From an uncultured bacterium (lineage in GTDB: Bacteria > Bacteroidota > Bacteroidia > NS11-12g > UBA9320): a DNA stretch of 64,000 nt. Shown here one piece after another: positions 20,174 to 28,990 of this stretch. The stretch spans positions 8,475 to 72,474 of the forward strand of contig CAXDRX010000007.1 of NCBI GenBank assembly GCA_963991985.1. The letters run 5' to 3'. The position numbers and the translations under genes were made by a program. The notes under the pieces were generated by a model that searched no databases, was not told the DNA's origin, and was given only the letters and a program-made list of their open reading frames with translations. Every line of letters starts with the position of its first letter. Positions within the stretch are counted from its first letter, which is position 1.

Positions 20174-21781
20174 TTAAGACAGTTGGTACTCGCTTTGTTT
20201 TATAATGTATGCAAAAAGTAATTTCAAGCGAGATTCCACCGTATTTTTAAAAGTCTCGTTTGATGGGTCGGCTGTATAATTTAACCAGGCATCGGTCCAA
20301 TAGGAATCCAAAGATTGATTGGAAAGCAAAATACTTTTCATGGCCATTTTCGTTTCCTCAGACACATCAACCGGGGTCAATAAGGTCAACAAATCCTCAA
20401 TCAACTGATTTGGATCTCCCGGTTGAGAAGTTTGGGACGTGATTTTTATGGTATCTACTTGAAGTCTGAATTGGTTTCTTTTGTAGCCTGTCCAAATCAA
20501 ATTTTCCACATAAGAGACTCTTTTGGGCAGCGTATCGGTATTGATCCATAGTTCGTGATATGAGGGCATTTGATGGTAAGCAGGCCATCCCGACACCGAT
20601 GGAGGTCCTCCAAGGGTCTGTTGTAAAACAGAGCCGAGGTAATAAATGTATCCCCACATTCGGTAAGTATTTTCTACATCATCTTCTATTTTTGGGAATT
20701 CCAATTCAAATTGCCTACAAAAGCCAACGAGATAGTCCAAAGGACTTTTGATTAAACATGCTCGATTTGCCGGATCAAAAAAATGTTCACTTTGCAGCAT
20801 ATATTTCATGAGTAATTTGACATCGAAATTATTGGCGAAAAACAAATCGGCTAGAGGCTCAATAAAGTTGGTTTCTGTGGCTTCATCTATCTCGTAGTAA
20901 ATAAACCACATGTACAACCTTCTTACCAAAAATTTAGCTACTTCTTTTTTGGTAAAAATCATTTCAATCAAATCATCAATTTCCTTCTCTGCATCCGCTT
21001 GAGAACTTCCAGCTCGAAGCAAATAGTTTCCGTAAAACTTAGAAAAAACCTTGTTTTTATCGTAGTGACGGGACTCTGTAAAATAAACTTCCCCTGTTTG
21101 ATAGTTGATACGCCATCCGGTAAGTACTTTGGCTGCTTCGATGATATCACTTTCTGTATATTTTGCATCCTCACCTTTTCCCAATGTAAAAAGTTCTTGC
21201 AACTCTCGGGCATAGTTCTCATCGGGAGCTTTGGCCTGATTTTTTTCTCCATTCAAATAGCGGAGCATTGCTTTATCTAGCGTTATCTTTTTTACCAATT
21301 CTTTAAAATCACCCAAATAGTTTTCTCTCAGCAATTTGGTATGCTCGTAGGCAAAATAGCCATAGGCATAAATGGAAGCCTCTGTGGCAAAGTGATTGTG
21401 CCAAAAAAGCGTCATTTTTTCTCGAATATTTAGGCTCTGATTTATCTGGTTGCCTATCCAATCCCATGCCCAACTGTTCCGTCTTTGGCCATTGAATTGT
21501 CCACCAAATGTATCGTTAATCCAAGTTTGCCCCAGCGGAACATTTGGATCATTATTTCTTTCTGACTGGTAATAGTTGAGTGGCGGCGTAGGCAAGTCAA
21601 CCGAATTGTCTAGGAGTTGGTCTATTGTATCTGACAGGCTTTTGTTTTCGAGTTCCTTTAAGTCACTTAGTGTAGCGCCAAACATTGTTCTTCTAAGAAG
21701 ATGCATTTTGGCCTCTTTGTCCCATGCCCCTTGATATTTATTGATGCCTGTGTGTGTTCTTGCAGTCTTTTGAATACCCAT
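20174..21781 (-). CDS. DUF1800-domain protein (partner of DUF1501)
   Basis: MHLLRRTMFGATLSDL DUF1800 N-terminal hallmark; conserved pairing with the adjacent DUF1501 gene. The ORF track start at 21856 overlaps the upstream gene; the Met at 21781 is more plausible. Confidence 0.7.
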   Translation of the reverse strand: MGIQKTARTHTGINKYQGAWDKEAKMHLLRRTMFGATLSDLKELENKSLSDTIDQLLDNSVDLPTPPLNYYQSERNNDPNVPLGQTWINDTFGGQFNGQRRNSWAWDWIGNQINQSLNIREKMTLFWHNHFATEASIYAYGYFAYEHTKLLRENYLGDFKELVKKITLDKAMLRYLNGEKNQAKAPDENYARELQELFTLGKGEDAKYTESDIIEAAKVLTGWRINYQTGEVYFTESRHYDKNKVFSKFYGNYLLRAGSSQADAEKEIDDLIEMIFTKKEVAKFLVRRLYMWFIYYEIDEATETNFIEPLADLFFANNFDVKLLMKYMLQSEHFFDPANRACLIKSPLDYLVGFCRQFELEFPKIEDDVENTYRMWGYIYYLGSVLQQTLGGPPSVSGWPAYHQMPSYHELWINTDTLPKRVSYVENLIWTGYKRNQFRLQVDTIKITSQTSQPGDPNQLIEDLLTLLTPVDVSEETKMAMKSILLSNQSLDSYWTDAWLNYTADPSNETFKNTVESRLKLLFAYIIKQSEYQLS

Positions 21782-21812
21782 TCTCCTTAAAATTATGAGT
21801 AAATATACAAAA

Positions 21813-22913
21813 TTATTTTTGCGTTTTTTGAAAAAGTCTAATTGCAATTGTGCCAAAAATTAAATTTGGCAACCAAACCGCTATCAGCGGTTGAATGCTG
21901 CCCTTGGCACCGTAAGAGTTAAAAAATTGCATGGAAAATAAAAAAGCAAAACTTATCAGCAAACCTTTTCCAAGGTGAAGTCCAACTCCTCCCCTTTGTT
22001 TCACACTCGACACACATACCCCAATCAGAGTCAAAATAAGAATAGAAAAAGGGGAAGCTATTCTGCGATATTTTTCGGTAAGATAAAAGAAAACATTATT
22101 GGAGCTTCGTTCTTTTTCCAATTCTATCATGCGATTTATTTCATCATTGCTGAAAGATTGAACATCATCGTCCATCATAAATATTTCATCGGGATTTATG
22201 GGAATCATCGTGTCCTTGAAAGGCCGTTTGATTAGCTTTTGAGATCCATCGTTGTAAAAAATACGCTCTACAAAATTGTGAAAACGCCACATTCCGCTAC
22301 TTTCCTCCCAAGTCAACTTGTCTGCCATTACCCTTGAAGACAATTCGCCGTTTTCAAAATGTTCAAGAGACACTTTTATCCCCAAACTATCGATATATCT
22401 AAAGTTTTCAAATGAAACAACATCGTTTGCAGTTAGCGGCATTTTGATATTTTGCTTAAAGTCAAAGCTTCTGTCTCTGATTACTGTATTTTCGAAACCG
22501 AGTCGTTTTTTTTCTGAAATTGGAATCAAGTAACCATTTAAATAATAAGAAAAGCAAGCGATGATACTCCCAATAAACAGATAAGGTCTAAGGAAACGAG
22601 CATACGAAACACCGGAAGATAAAATGGCGACTATTTCGCTTCGAAATGCCATTCGAGAGGTGAAAAATATTACCGTGATAAAGACAAAAAGAGGACTGAA
22701 CATATTGAGTAAAAAAGGAATATAATTGGCATAGTGCACCAATAAAATCTCCCGTAGGGTTACATCCTTTGAGACAAATTCATCAATCTTTTCGGCAACG
22801 TCAAAAACAACAATGATGATGGTAAATAATGCCAAAGCCATTAAGAATGTGCTCAACATTTTTTTGATGATGTACCAATCTAGCTTGGTTAAGAAATTAC
22901 CTTTCCCGATCAA
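21813..22913 (-). CDS. LptF/LptG-family (YjgP/YjgQ) permease
   Basis: MIGKGNFLTKLDWYIIKKMLSTFLMALALFTIIIVVFDVAEKIDEF...; six TM helices with a periplasmic beta-jellyroll insert; 366 aa. Confidence 0.8.
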   Translation of the reverse strand: MIGKGNFLTKLDWYIIKKMLSTFLMALALFTIIIVVFDVAEKIDEFVSKDVTLREILLVHYANYIPFLLNMFSPLFVFITVIFFTSRMAFRSEIVAILSSGVSYARFLRPYLFIGSIIACFSYYLNGYLIPISEKKRLGFENTVIRDRSFDFKQNIKMPLTANDVVSFENFRYIDSLGIKVSLEHFENGELSSRVMADKLTWEESSGMWRFHNFVERIFYNDGSQKLIKRPFKDTMIPINPDEIFMMDDDVQSFSNDEINRMIELEKERSSNNVFFYLTEKYRRIASPFSILILTLIGVCVSSVKQRGGVGLHLGKGLLISFAFLFSMQFFNSYGAKGSIQPLIAVWLPNLIFGTIAIRLFQKTQK

Positions 22914-23269
22914 TCCAATTTATTTTTGAGTGATTTAAAAGCTTGTATGTACATATTAATTATTTGCTCTGTCTCGGTGAGCAAAGGATTTATAATATTT
23001 TCATCCAATAATTTTTCCGACTTTACAAGATCCAACCAATATAGAAAACCATTGGCCTGATTCTTTGCGTGATTGAGATTGTTTACAAAGGTGTGACTTA
23101 GTTGCCCTTGATAAAGTCCGATGGCTTGAATAGCCATTTGGCTAGCACTTTTGATTATTTCTCCTCTTATCAATGCGCTCAAAGCCTTGTTCTGCGGCAA
23201 TACTAGAGCAATTTTCAACCCTGCATGACTTAGCTTTTGTACTCTGTTTTTTAGCTCTATTGGATTCAT
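22910..23269 (-). CDS. Four-helix-bundle protein (TIGR02436 / '23S rRNA intervening-sequence protein' family)
   Basis: 119 aa all-helical protein with the characteristic A-rich helices ...IRGEIIKSASQMAIQAIGLYQGQ...; overlaps both neighbours by 4 nt. Confidence 0.5.
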   Translation of the reverse strand: MNPIELKNRVQKLSHAGLKIALVLPQNKALSALIRGEIIKSASQMAIQAIGLYQGQLSHTFVNNLNHAKNQANGFLYWLDLVKSEKLLDENIINPLLTETEQIINMYIQAFKSLKNKLD

Positions 23270-24387
23270 AATTTTGCTTCTAATTGAGGTACCATTTTAC
23301 TTTTCCAAACATAAAAATCTCCTTTTTTGATATGTGCCCTTGCTTCTTTCATTAACCATAAATAAAATTTCAAATTGTGTTTGCTCGCAATTTGTGCACC
23401 AAGATATTCATTGCATCTTATAAGGTGCCTTAAATAGGCTTTGGAATAGTCTGGTGAGTGGACTTCATCAATGGGCGTAAAATCATTTTTCCATTTTTCA
23501 TTTTTGATATTGATATAACCGTTTTCAGTGAAAAGCATCCCATTCCGCGCGTTTCTTGTGGGCATTACGCAATCGAACATGTCTACCCCCAAGGCAATAC
23601 ACTCCAATAGGTTGGCTGGCGTCCCTACACCCATAAGATACCGTGGTTTTTCTTTCGGCAAGTGCTCCGTCACCAAATCGGTCATTTCATAGAGTAAATG
23701 ATGGGGTTCACCAACCGATAAGCCTCCAATGGCATTCCCCTCCATATTTTGATCTGATACAAATTTGGCACTTTCGATTCTCAGATCTTTAAATGTACTA
23801 CCCTGCACAATAGGAAACAAGGATTGGGGATAACCATACGCCTCTTTTTGTTTTGATTGGTGTTTGATGCACTTTAGCAACCAATCATGGGTAAGATTCA
23901 ATGATTTCTTTGCATAAGCAAAGTCACACGGGTAAGGGGTGCATTCATCAAATGCCATGATGATGTCTCCTCCAATATTTCTTTGAATATCCATGACCCG
24001 CTCGGGTGTAAAAAAGAATTTTGACCCATCGATATGACTTTGAAATTCTACACCATTTTCTTTTATTTTTCGATTCTCTGATATAGAATAGACCTGATAG
24101 CCACCGCTGTCGGTTAGTATGCTTCGGTCCCAATTGATAAATTGATGTAAACCTCCTACTTGTGAGAGGACTTCCATGCCGGGCCGCAAAAAAAGGTGAT
24201 AGGTATTGCCCAATATGATGGATGCGTCTATCTCATTCTTTAGTTTTTCTTGGTCCACTGCCTTCACGGTTCCTACGGTGCCAACAGGCATAAAAATTGG
24301 GGTTTGAATAGAATTGCGCGCTGTTCTTATTTCGCCAGCTCTTGCTTTGGAGTGTTTATCGGTATGTTCTAAAGTAAAGCTAAGCAC
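23266..24387 (-). CDS. tgt: Queuine tRNA-ribosyltransferase (tRNA-guanine(34) transglycosylase)
   Basis: MLSFTLEHTDKHSKARAGEIRTARNSIQTPIFMPVGTVGTVKAV...; catalytic Asp region; C-terminal zinc site (CxCxxC...H); 373 aa. Confidence 0.9.
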   Translation of the reverse strand: MLSFTLEHTDKHSKARAGEIRTARNSIQTPIFMPVGTVGTVKAVDQEKLKNEIDASIILGNTYHLFLRPGMEVLSQVGGLHQFINWDRSILTDSGGYQVYSISENRKIKENGVEFQSHIDGSKFFFTPERVMDIQRNIGGDIIMAFDECTPYPCDFAYAKKSLNLTHDWLLKCIKHQSKQKEAYGYPQSLFPIVQGSTFKDLRIESAKFVSDQNMEGNAIGGLSVGEPHHLLYEMTDLVTEHLPKEKPRYLMGVGTPANLLECIALGVDMFDCVMPTRNARNGMLFTENGYINIKNEKWKNDFTPIDEVHSPDYSKAYLRHLIRCNEYLGAQIASKHNLKFYLWLMKEARAHIKKGDFYVWKSKMVPQLEAKL

Positions 24388-25080
24388 CTATTCAAAACAA
24401 AATGAAATTTGAATCAATCTTGGAAGCAAACTGCCCAAAGATTGGGAATACACATATTGATCTTTCTCCAAGTAGCTTGTGATTGCCGAGCTGATTTTTA
24501 TTTCGGGAGAGAACTTAAAAAACTCAAAATAAAAATCCATTCCAAGGCCCAAATCATAGCTAAACGTATTTGGAGAAAGAGCGACTACTGGCTTTTCAAG
24601 GCTCCTATCGGTGTCAATATCACTTGCAAAATCATAACGATAATTGACGCCTCCAACTACATAAAAACGAATGTTTCGATGTCGAACCGATTTTAATTTC
24701 ATCAACATTGGCACTTCGAAATAGGTGTTTTCCATTTCAACTTGCTGCTTGCTTTGGTCTTCTAATGTAAACTCGACATCTCTTTGCGTAAAATGAAGAT
24801 TTAATGCTGTTCTAAAATCCCAATAATCAGATATTCTAAGGTTCATTAAGCCACCAAAACCGAAACCCGCATAGTTGATTTGTTTCATATTGAGCATTTG
24901 GTTTTTGACCCAAAAGCTCCGGTCAGGATTCATTTTATAATTGGCGTGGTTTCCAACAAAAGCAAAACCGAAATGTACTTTTTGCAAATCATACAATGGA
25001 TTGTTTTGTTGTGCCTTGGAGGCAACACAATGCAACAAAAAACACAAAAATGTTATTTTTCGAATCTTAATATTTCGCAC
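24388..25080 (-). CDS. Small outer-membrane beta-barrel protein, PorT/SprT-like (T9SS/gliding-associated) by size and context
   Basis: 230 aa; signal peptide MRNIKIRKITFLCFLLHCVASKAQQ; alternating amphipathic beta-strands; aromatic C-terminus (...QISFCFE). My recollection is that ubiE-porT adjacency recurs in Bacteroidota. The family call needs an HMM check. Confidence 0.45.
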   Translation of the reverse strand: MRNIKIRKITFLCFLLHCVASKAQQNNPLYDLQKVHFGFAFVGNHANYKMNPDRSFWVKNQMLNMKQINYAGFGFGGLMNLRISDYWDFRTALNLHFTQRDVEFTLEDQSKQQVEMENTYFEVPMLMKLKSVRHRNIRFYVVGGVNYRYDFASDIDTDRSLEKPVVALSPNTFSYDLGLGMDFYFEFFKFSPEIKISSAITSYLEKDQYVYSQSLGSLLPRLIQISFCFE

Positions 25081-25772
25081 AAGCCAAGTGTGAACTTTTT
25101 CTTCTTAACGCAAATGAAGCCGCAATTTGATATAATTTCTTTAAATATTCTTGCTTTATAAAATGTTTTTATTGAGTTGGATAAGTAATCATAGGCCTTT
25201 GGATTTTGGGCAAACAATTTCACCACCCATGGCATCCAAATGGAAACATAAAATTGTAAAAAGTATTTTGCCATTGAATTATCGGGCTGAAAAAAATCTA
25301 TAATATGTACTTTGCCGCCTGGTTTCAAGACCCTATGTATTTCTTCAAATTCGAGCAATAGCTTGTCAAAATTTCGCACACCAAAAGAGATGAATATATG
25401 ATCAAACATTTCTTCTGTGTAGGGCAAAACACCTACTTCTTTTTGAACAAACGAAATTTCCATATTTTGTCTATTTGCCTTTCCTTGAGCTATTCCCAGC
25501 ATGTTTTTTGCCACATCTGTGGCATAAACATTGGTTTCCTGAAAACGCTTTTTGATTTCTATAGCTACATCGCCGGTTCCCGTGGCTAAATCCAGAATTA
25601 TTTGTCCCTTTTGAATGCCGGCATTTTTCACCAATATACGGCGCCAAACAACATCCAAACGGAATGAAAAAAGACGATTGAAAAAGTCATATTGTTTTGA
25701 AATTTCATTGAACATCTCATCGATATCTTTTTTTTGGTGCTTAATTTGCGAAGGGATAGATGAAGATTTCAT
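25053..25772 (-). CDS. ubiE: Demethylmenaquinone / ubiquinone C-methyltransferase
   Basis: MFNEISKQYDFFNRLFSFRLDVVWRR and the SAM motif ILDLATGTGDVAIEI. The ORF track start at 25841 is probably an extension; the Met24 start (25772) would still overlap the divergent engB start. Confidence 0.8.
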   Translation of the reverse strand: MKSSSIPSQIKHQKKDIDEMFNEISKQYDFFNRLFSFRLDVVWRRILVKNAGIQKGQIILDLATGTGDVAIEIKKRFQETNVYATDVAKNMLGIAQGKANRQNMEISFVQKEVGVLPYTEEMFDHIFISFGVRNFDKLLLEFEEIHRVLKPGGKVHIIDFFQPDNSMAKYFLQFYVSIWMPWVVKLFAQNPKAYDYLSNSIKTFYKARIFKEIISNCGFICVKKKKFTLGLCEILRFEK

Positions 25773-26362
25773 TTTCAAGGTTCGATTGTTCTTTTTCCAA
25801 AATTTCCCAAATGCCTGCAGAAAAGATTCCAGAAATGGCATTTATTGGCCGGTCAAATGTAGGTAAATCAAGTTTAATTAACTTTTTGTGTAACAACAAA
25901 AAACTGGCGCAAATAAGTTCCAAACCGGGAAAAACAAAGCTTATCAATCGTTACTTTGTGGAAAATCTATTCTACCTTGTGGATTTGCCTGGCTATGGGT
26001 ATGCAAAAGTGTCGCAGAGAAGCCGAATCAAATTTGATGAAATGATTACTGAGTACTTGCTTGATCGAAAATCTTTGTATCTCACTTTTTTGTTGCTTGA
26101 CCTTAGTGTAGAACCACAACCTATTGATTTTGAATTCATACAATGGTGCGGAGAAAATGAAATTCCATTTGTGATTGTTTTCACCAAAATTGATAAAGTA
26201 AAAGTGAATGAGCGAGAAAAAAAATTACAGGATTTTGAAAAAGTTCTTTCAGACAACCAATGGGTGGAAATCCCTGAGTACCTTCTCACTTCTTCGATAA
26301 AAAAAGAAGGAAGAGAAACATTCCTAAATTACTTATCCGAAATATTGTATACTCATCGGTAA
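25760..26362 (+). CDS. engB: Ribosome biogenesis GTP-binding protein YsxC/EngB
   Basis: N-terminus MKISF..FDCSFSKISQMP...IPEMAFIGRSNVGKSSLIN matches the EngB consensus; DLPGYGYA switch II; NKxD-like TKID; 200 aa. Confidence 0.85.
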   Translation: MKISFSRFDCSFSKISQMPAEKIPEMAFIGRSNVGKSSLINFLCNNKKLAQISSKPGKTKLINRYFVENLFYLVDLPGYGYAKVSQRSRIKFDEMITEYLLDRKSLYLTFLLLDLSVEPQPIDFEFIQWCGENEIPFVIVFTKIDKVKVNEREKKLQDFEKVLSDNQWVEIPEYLLTSSIKKEGRETFLNYLSEILYTHR

Positions 26363-26461
26363 ATTAGCATGAAATATCGAAAGCAAACTTTCTTAATGAA
26401 AAATCATCACTTATTTTGCTAAAAATTGTTGATTTGTCTCGATTAGAATCCTTTTAATATC

Positions 26462-27847
26462 ATGTCTAGAAGATATATATTTATTTCCTATTGCATCATT
26501 TTTTTTATTGCACTGTCCGTGAAGGGTTATGGTCAAGAAGAGAATTTGAGCATTGAACAGGCCATTGACTTGGCGCTCAAACATAACGCCCAACTGAAGA
26601 ATAGCAATTTGGCAACTGAAGCCCAAAAGTACGAAGTGAAATCGGTCATTGCTTCTGGCTTGCCGCAGATCAATCTTAACGGAACATTTACACACAATAT
26701 TGAAATCCCTTCGGCTGTATTTCCCGACTTCATTACTCCTTCCATCTATCAAGTGCTCATTGATGAAAATGTTATCGATAAAAATCGTTTCAAATCGGGA
26801 GAAGGTGGCCAAGCTGTTCAATTTGGTGCTCCATCACAGATTGCTGGAACGATAGGATTAAGTCAACTTGTCTTTGACGGACGTTATTTTCTAGGCCTTA
26901 AAGCGGCCAAACAGGTCGTGAAAATGAATGAACTTTTGGCCAAACAAACCGAAATTGAAACCAAAGAACTCACATGGCAAAGCTATTATCAGGTGTTTCT
27001 CTTGGAAGAAAATCTAACATTATTGAAAAAAAGTGGTGAATTGGTCAACGCATTGTTGTTGCAAACAGAAGCAATGCATCAAGAGGGCATGGTTGAAAAA
27101 TTAGATGTTGATCGACTTTTACTTTCTCAAAAAAATATAGAAAATAAGATAGTCTCATTGGAAAACCAGCTTATCGTTTCAAAAATGGCTTTAAATATGG
27201 CAATGGGCCAAGAGATTGAAAAATCATATCGTCTTACGAGTGGATGGAACAAAAATGCACCGGAAATAATCGTAGAAAATACATTTTCACAAAGCGATAG
27301 AATTGAACAAAAAATCTTGAATCAATCAATGTTGCTTAAAGAAATGGAAACCAAGGGAATGAGAGTTACCAAATATCCTTCTTTATATTTCAATGCACAA
27401 CATCTTCAAAATTCCTTCGCCAGTCAATCGCCTTTCGAAGATTTGGGGAAAGATTGGTTTCCAGGAACCCTATATTCTTTGTCCTTAAACATTCCTTTGT
27501 TTGACGGTTTTTACAAGAAAAACAAAATTCAGAAGCTCAAAGTGGAAGCCCAACAAATTGACAACGATAAGAAGAACCTAGGACATCTATTGCGCATGAA
27601 TCATCAATCTTCATTGCTTGGTTTGAAGACACAATTTCAATCCCTTGGATACTTAGCATCAACCTTAGAATTGGCCCAAAGAATTTTCGAAACAGAAAAA
27701 ATAAAGTTCAATGAAGGTATGGGCTCCTCCTTCGAACTGGTCAATGCTCAAAATGACTTCATTCAAGCTTCATTGCAGCATTCCAATGGGCAATATGAAC
27801 TTATAATAAAAAATATCGCATACTTAAAATCAATTGGTAAACTATAA
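26462..27847 (+). CDS. TolC-family outer-membrane efflux protein
   Basis: Signal peptide; two OEP repeats rich in helical heptads; 461 aa; first gene of the RND operon. Confidence 0.85.
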   Translation: MSRRYIFISYCIIFFIALSVKGYGQEENLSIEQAIDLALKHNAQLKNSNLATEAQKYEVKSVIASGLPQINLNGTFTHNIEIPSAVFPDFITPSIYQVLIDENVIDKNRFKSGEGGQAVQFGAPSQIAGTIGLSQLVFDGRYFLGLKAAKQVVKMNELLAKQTEIETKELTWQSYYQVFLLEENLTLLKKSGELVNALLLQTEAMHQEGMVEKLDVDRLLLSQKNIENKIVSLENQLIVSKMALNMAMGQEIEKSYRLTSGWNKNAPEIIVENTFSQSDRIEQKILNQSMLLKEMETKGMRVTKYPSLYFNAQHLQNSFASQSPFEDLGKDWFPGTLYSLSLNIPLFDGFYKKNKIQKLKVEAQQIDNDKKNLGHLLRMNHQSSLLGLKTQFQSLGYLASTLELAQRIFETEKIKFNEGMGSSFELVNAQNDFIQASLQHSNGQYELIIKNIAYLKSIGKL

Positions 27848-27851
27848 AAAC

Positions 27852-28988
27852 ATGAACAAATTTTTACTTTCTGTTGTCCTTGCAACATCAATTTTAACGT
27901 CCTGTACAAAAAAATCAACGCAGGAAACACTTAAAGAAGAATTAAAATCAAAAAAACAATCACTTTCATCCCTTGAGAAAGAAATTAGGGTGCTACAAAC
28001 AAAAATAGAGTCGTTTGACACACTAAAAAAGAATCATGCAATTCCTGTAAAAGTAGATACCTTGGGCCATTCGGAATACAGCAATATGGTTACCCTTCAA
28101 GGCTTGATCCATTCCGATAAAAATATAAGAATATCCTCAGAGGTAGCTGGAGTTGTAACCAAAATACGAGTAAAAGAAGGTGAAAATATTCAATCAGGAC
28201 AGATTCTCATCGACATCAATAATGATCTTATCAATGCGCAAATTGATGAACTACAAACCGCACTTGACTTGGCCAAAATAACTTTTGAAAAACAAGCAAG
28301 ATTGTGGGAGAAAAATATTGGCTCCGAGATGCAATACCTTCAAGCAAAAACAAATTACGAAAGTTTAAAAAGAAGGATAAAAACAACCAAGATACAACTC
28401 TCCAAACACAAAATCATTGCCCAGTCATCAGGTCAAATTGAACAAATATTTGTCAAAACAGGTCAAGTGACTTCTCCTGGCATTCCCCTTTTAGAAATAA
28501 CCAATAATCAAGCGTTAGAACTTCATGTTAAAGTAAGTGAACAATTTCTTGGAAAATTTACGCCAGGCCAAAACGTGATGGTACGGTATCCAAGCATTTC
28601 CAAGCAATACGAAGAAAAAATAGACGCCATCGGGTCAGTAATTGACCCCAATAGCCGAAGCTTTTTGATTACCATAAGACCAAAAAATGGAAAAGGGTTG
28701 CTGAAGCCAAATTTATTGGCATTGATTGACTTACCTAGTTTTAATTCAGCGAATGCATTAAGTATTCCCACCAAATTGATTCGACAAGATAGCAAAGGCA
28801 ATTTTGTTTTGTGTGTCAATGAAAACTCAGCAGTCGAAAAAGCCTACCTAGAAATAAAAGAACAATTTGCAGACAGGACGATTGTAAAGTCAGGAATTGA
28901 ACCTGGGAAACTCATAATTACCGAAGGATTTACGAATGTAATTCCGGGTGACTTTGTAAAAATTATTTCTTCCAAAGCAATTCAATAA
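27852..28988 (+). CDS. Efflux RND transporter periplasmic adaptor subunit (lipoprotein)
   Basis: Lipobox LATSILTSC; coiled-coil hairpin, lipoyl and beta-barrel domains of the HlyD/MFP family. The ORF track starts at 27834; the internal Met follows the tolC stop. Confidence 0.8.
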   Translation: MNKFLLSVVLATSILTSCTKKSTQETLKEELKSKKQSLSSLEKEIRVLQTKIESFDTLKKNHAIPVKVDTLGHSEYSNMVTLQGLIHSDKNIRISSEVAGVVTKIRVKEGENIQSGQILIDINNDLINAQIDELQTALDLAKITFEKQARLWEKNIGSEMQYLQAKTNYESLKRRIKTTKIQLSKHKIIAQSSGQIEQIFVKTGQVTSPGIPLLEITNNQALELHVKVSEQFLGKFTPGQNVMVRYPSISKQYEEKIDAIGSVIDPNSRSFLITIRPKNGKGLLKPNLLALIDLPSFNSANALSIPTKLIRQDSKGNFVLCVNENSAVEKAYLEIKEQFADRTIVKSGIEPGKLIITEGFTNVIPGDFVKIISSKAIQ

Positions 28989-28990
28989 AG

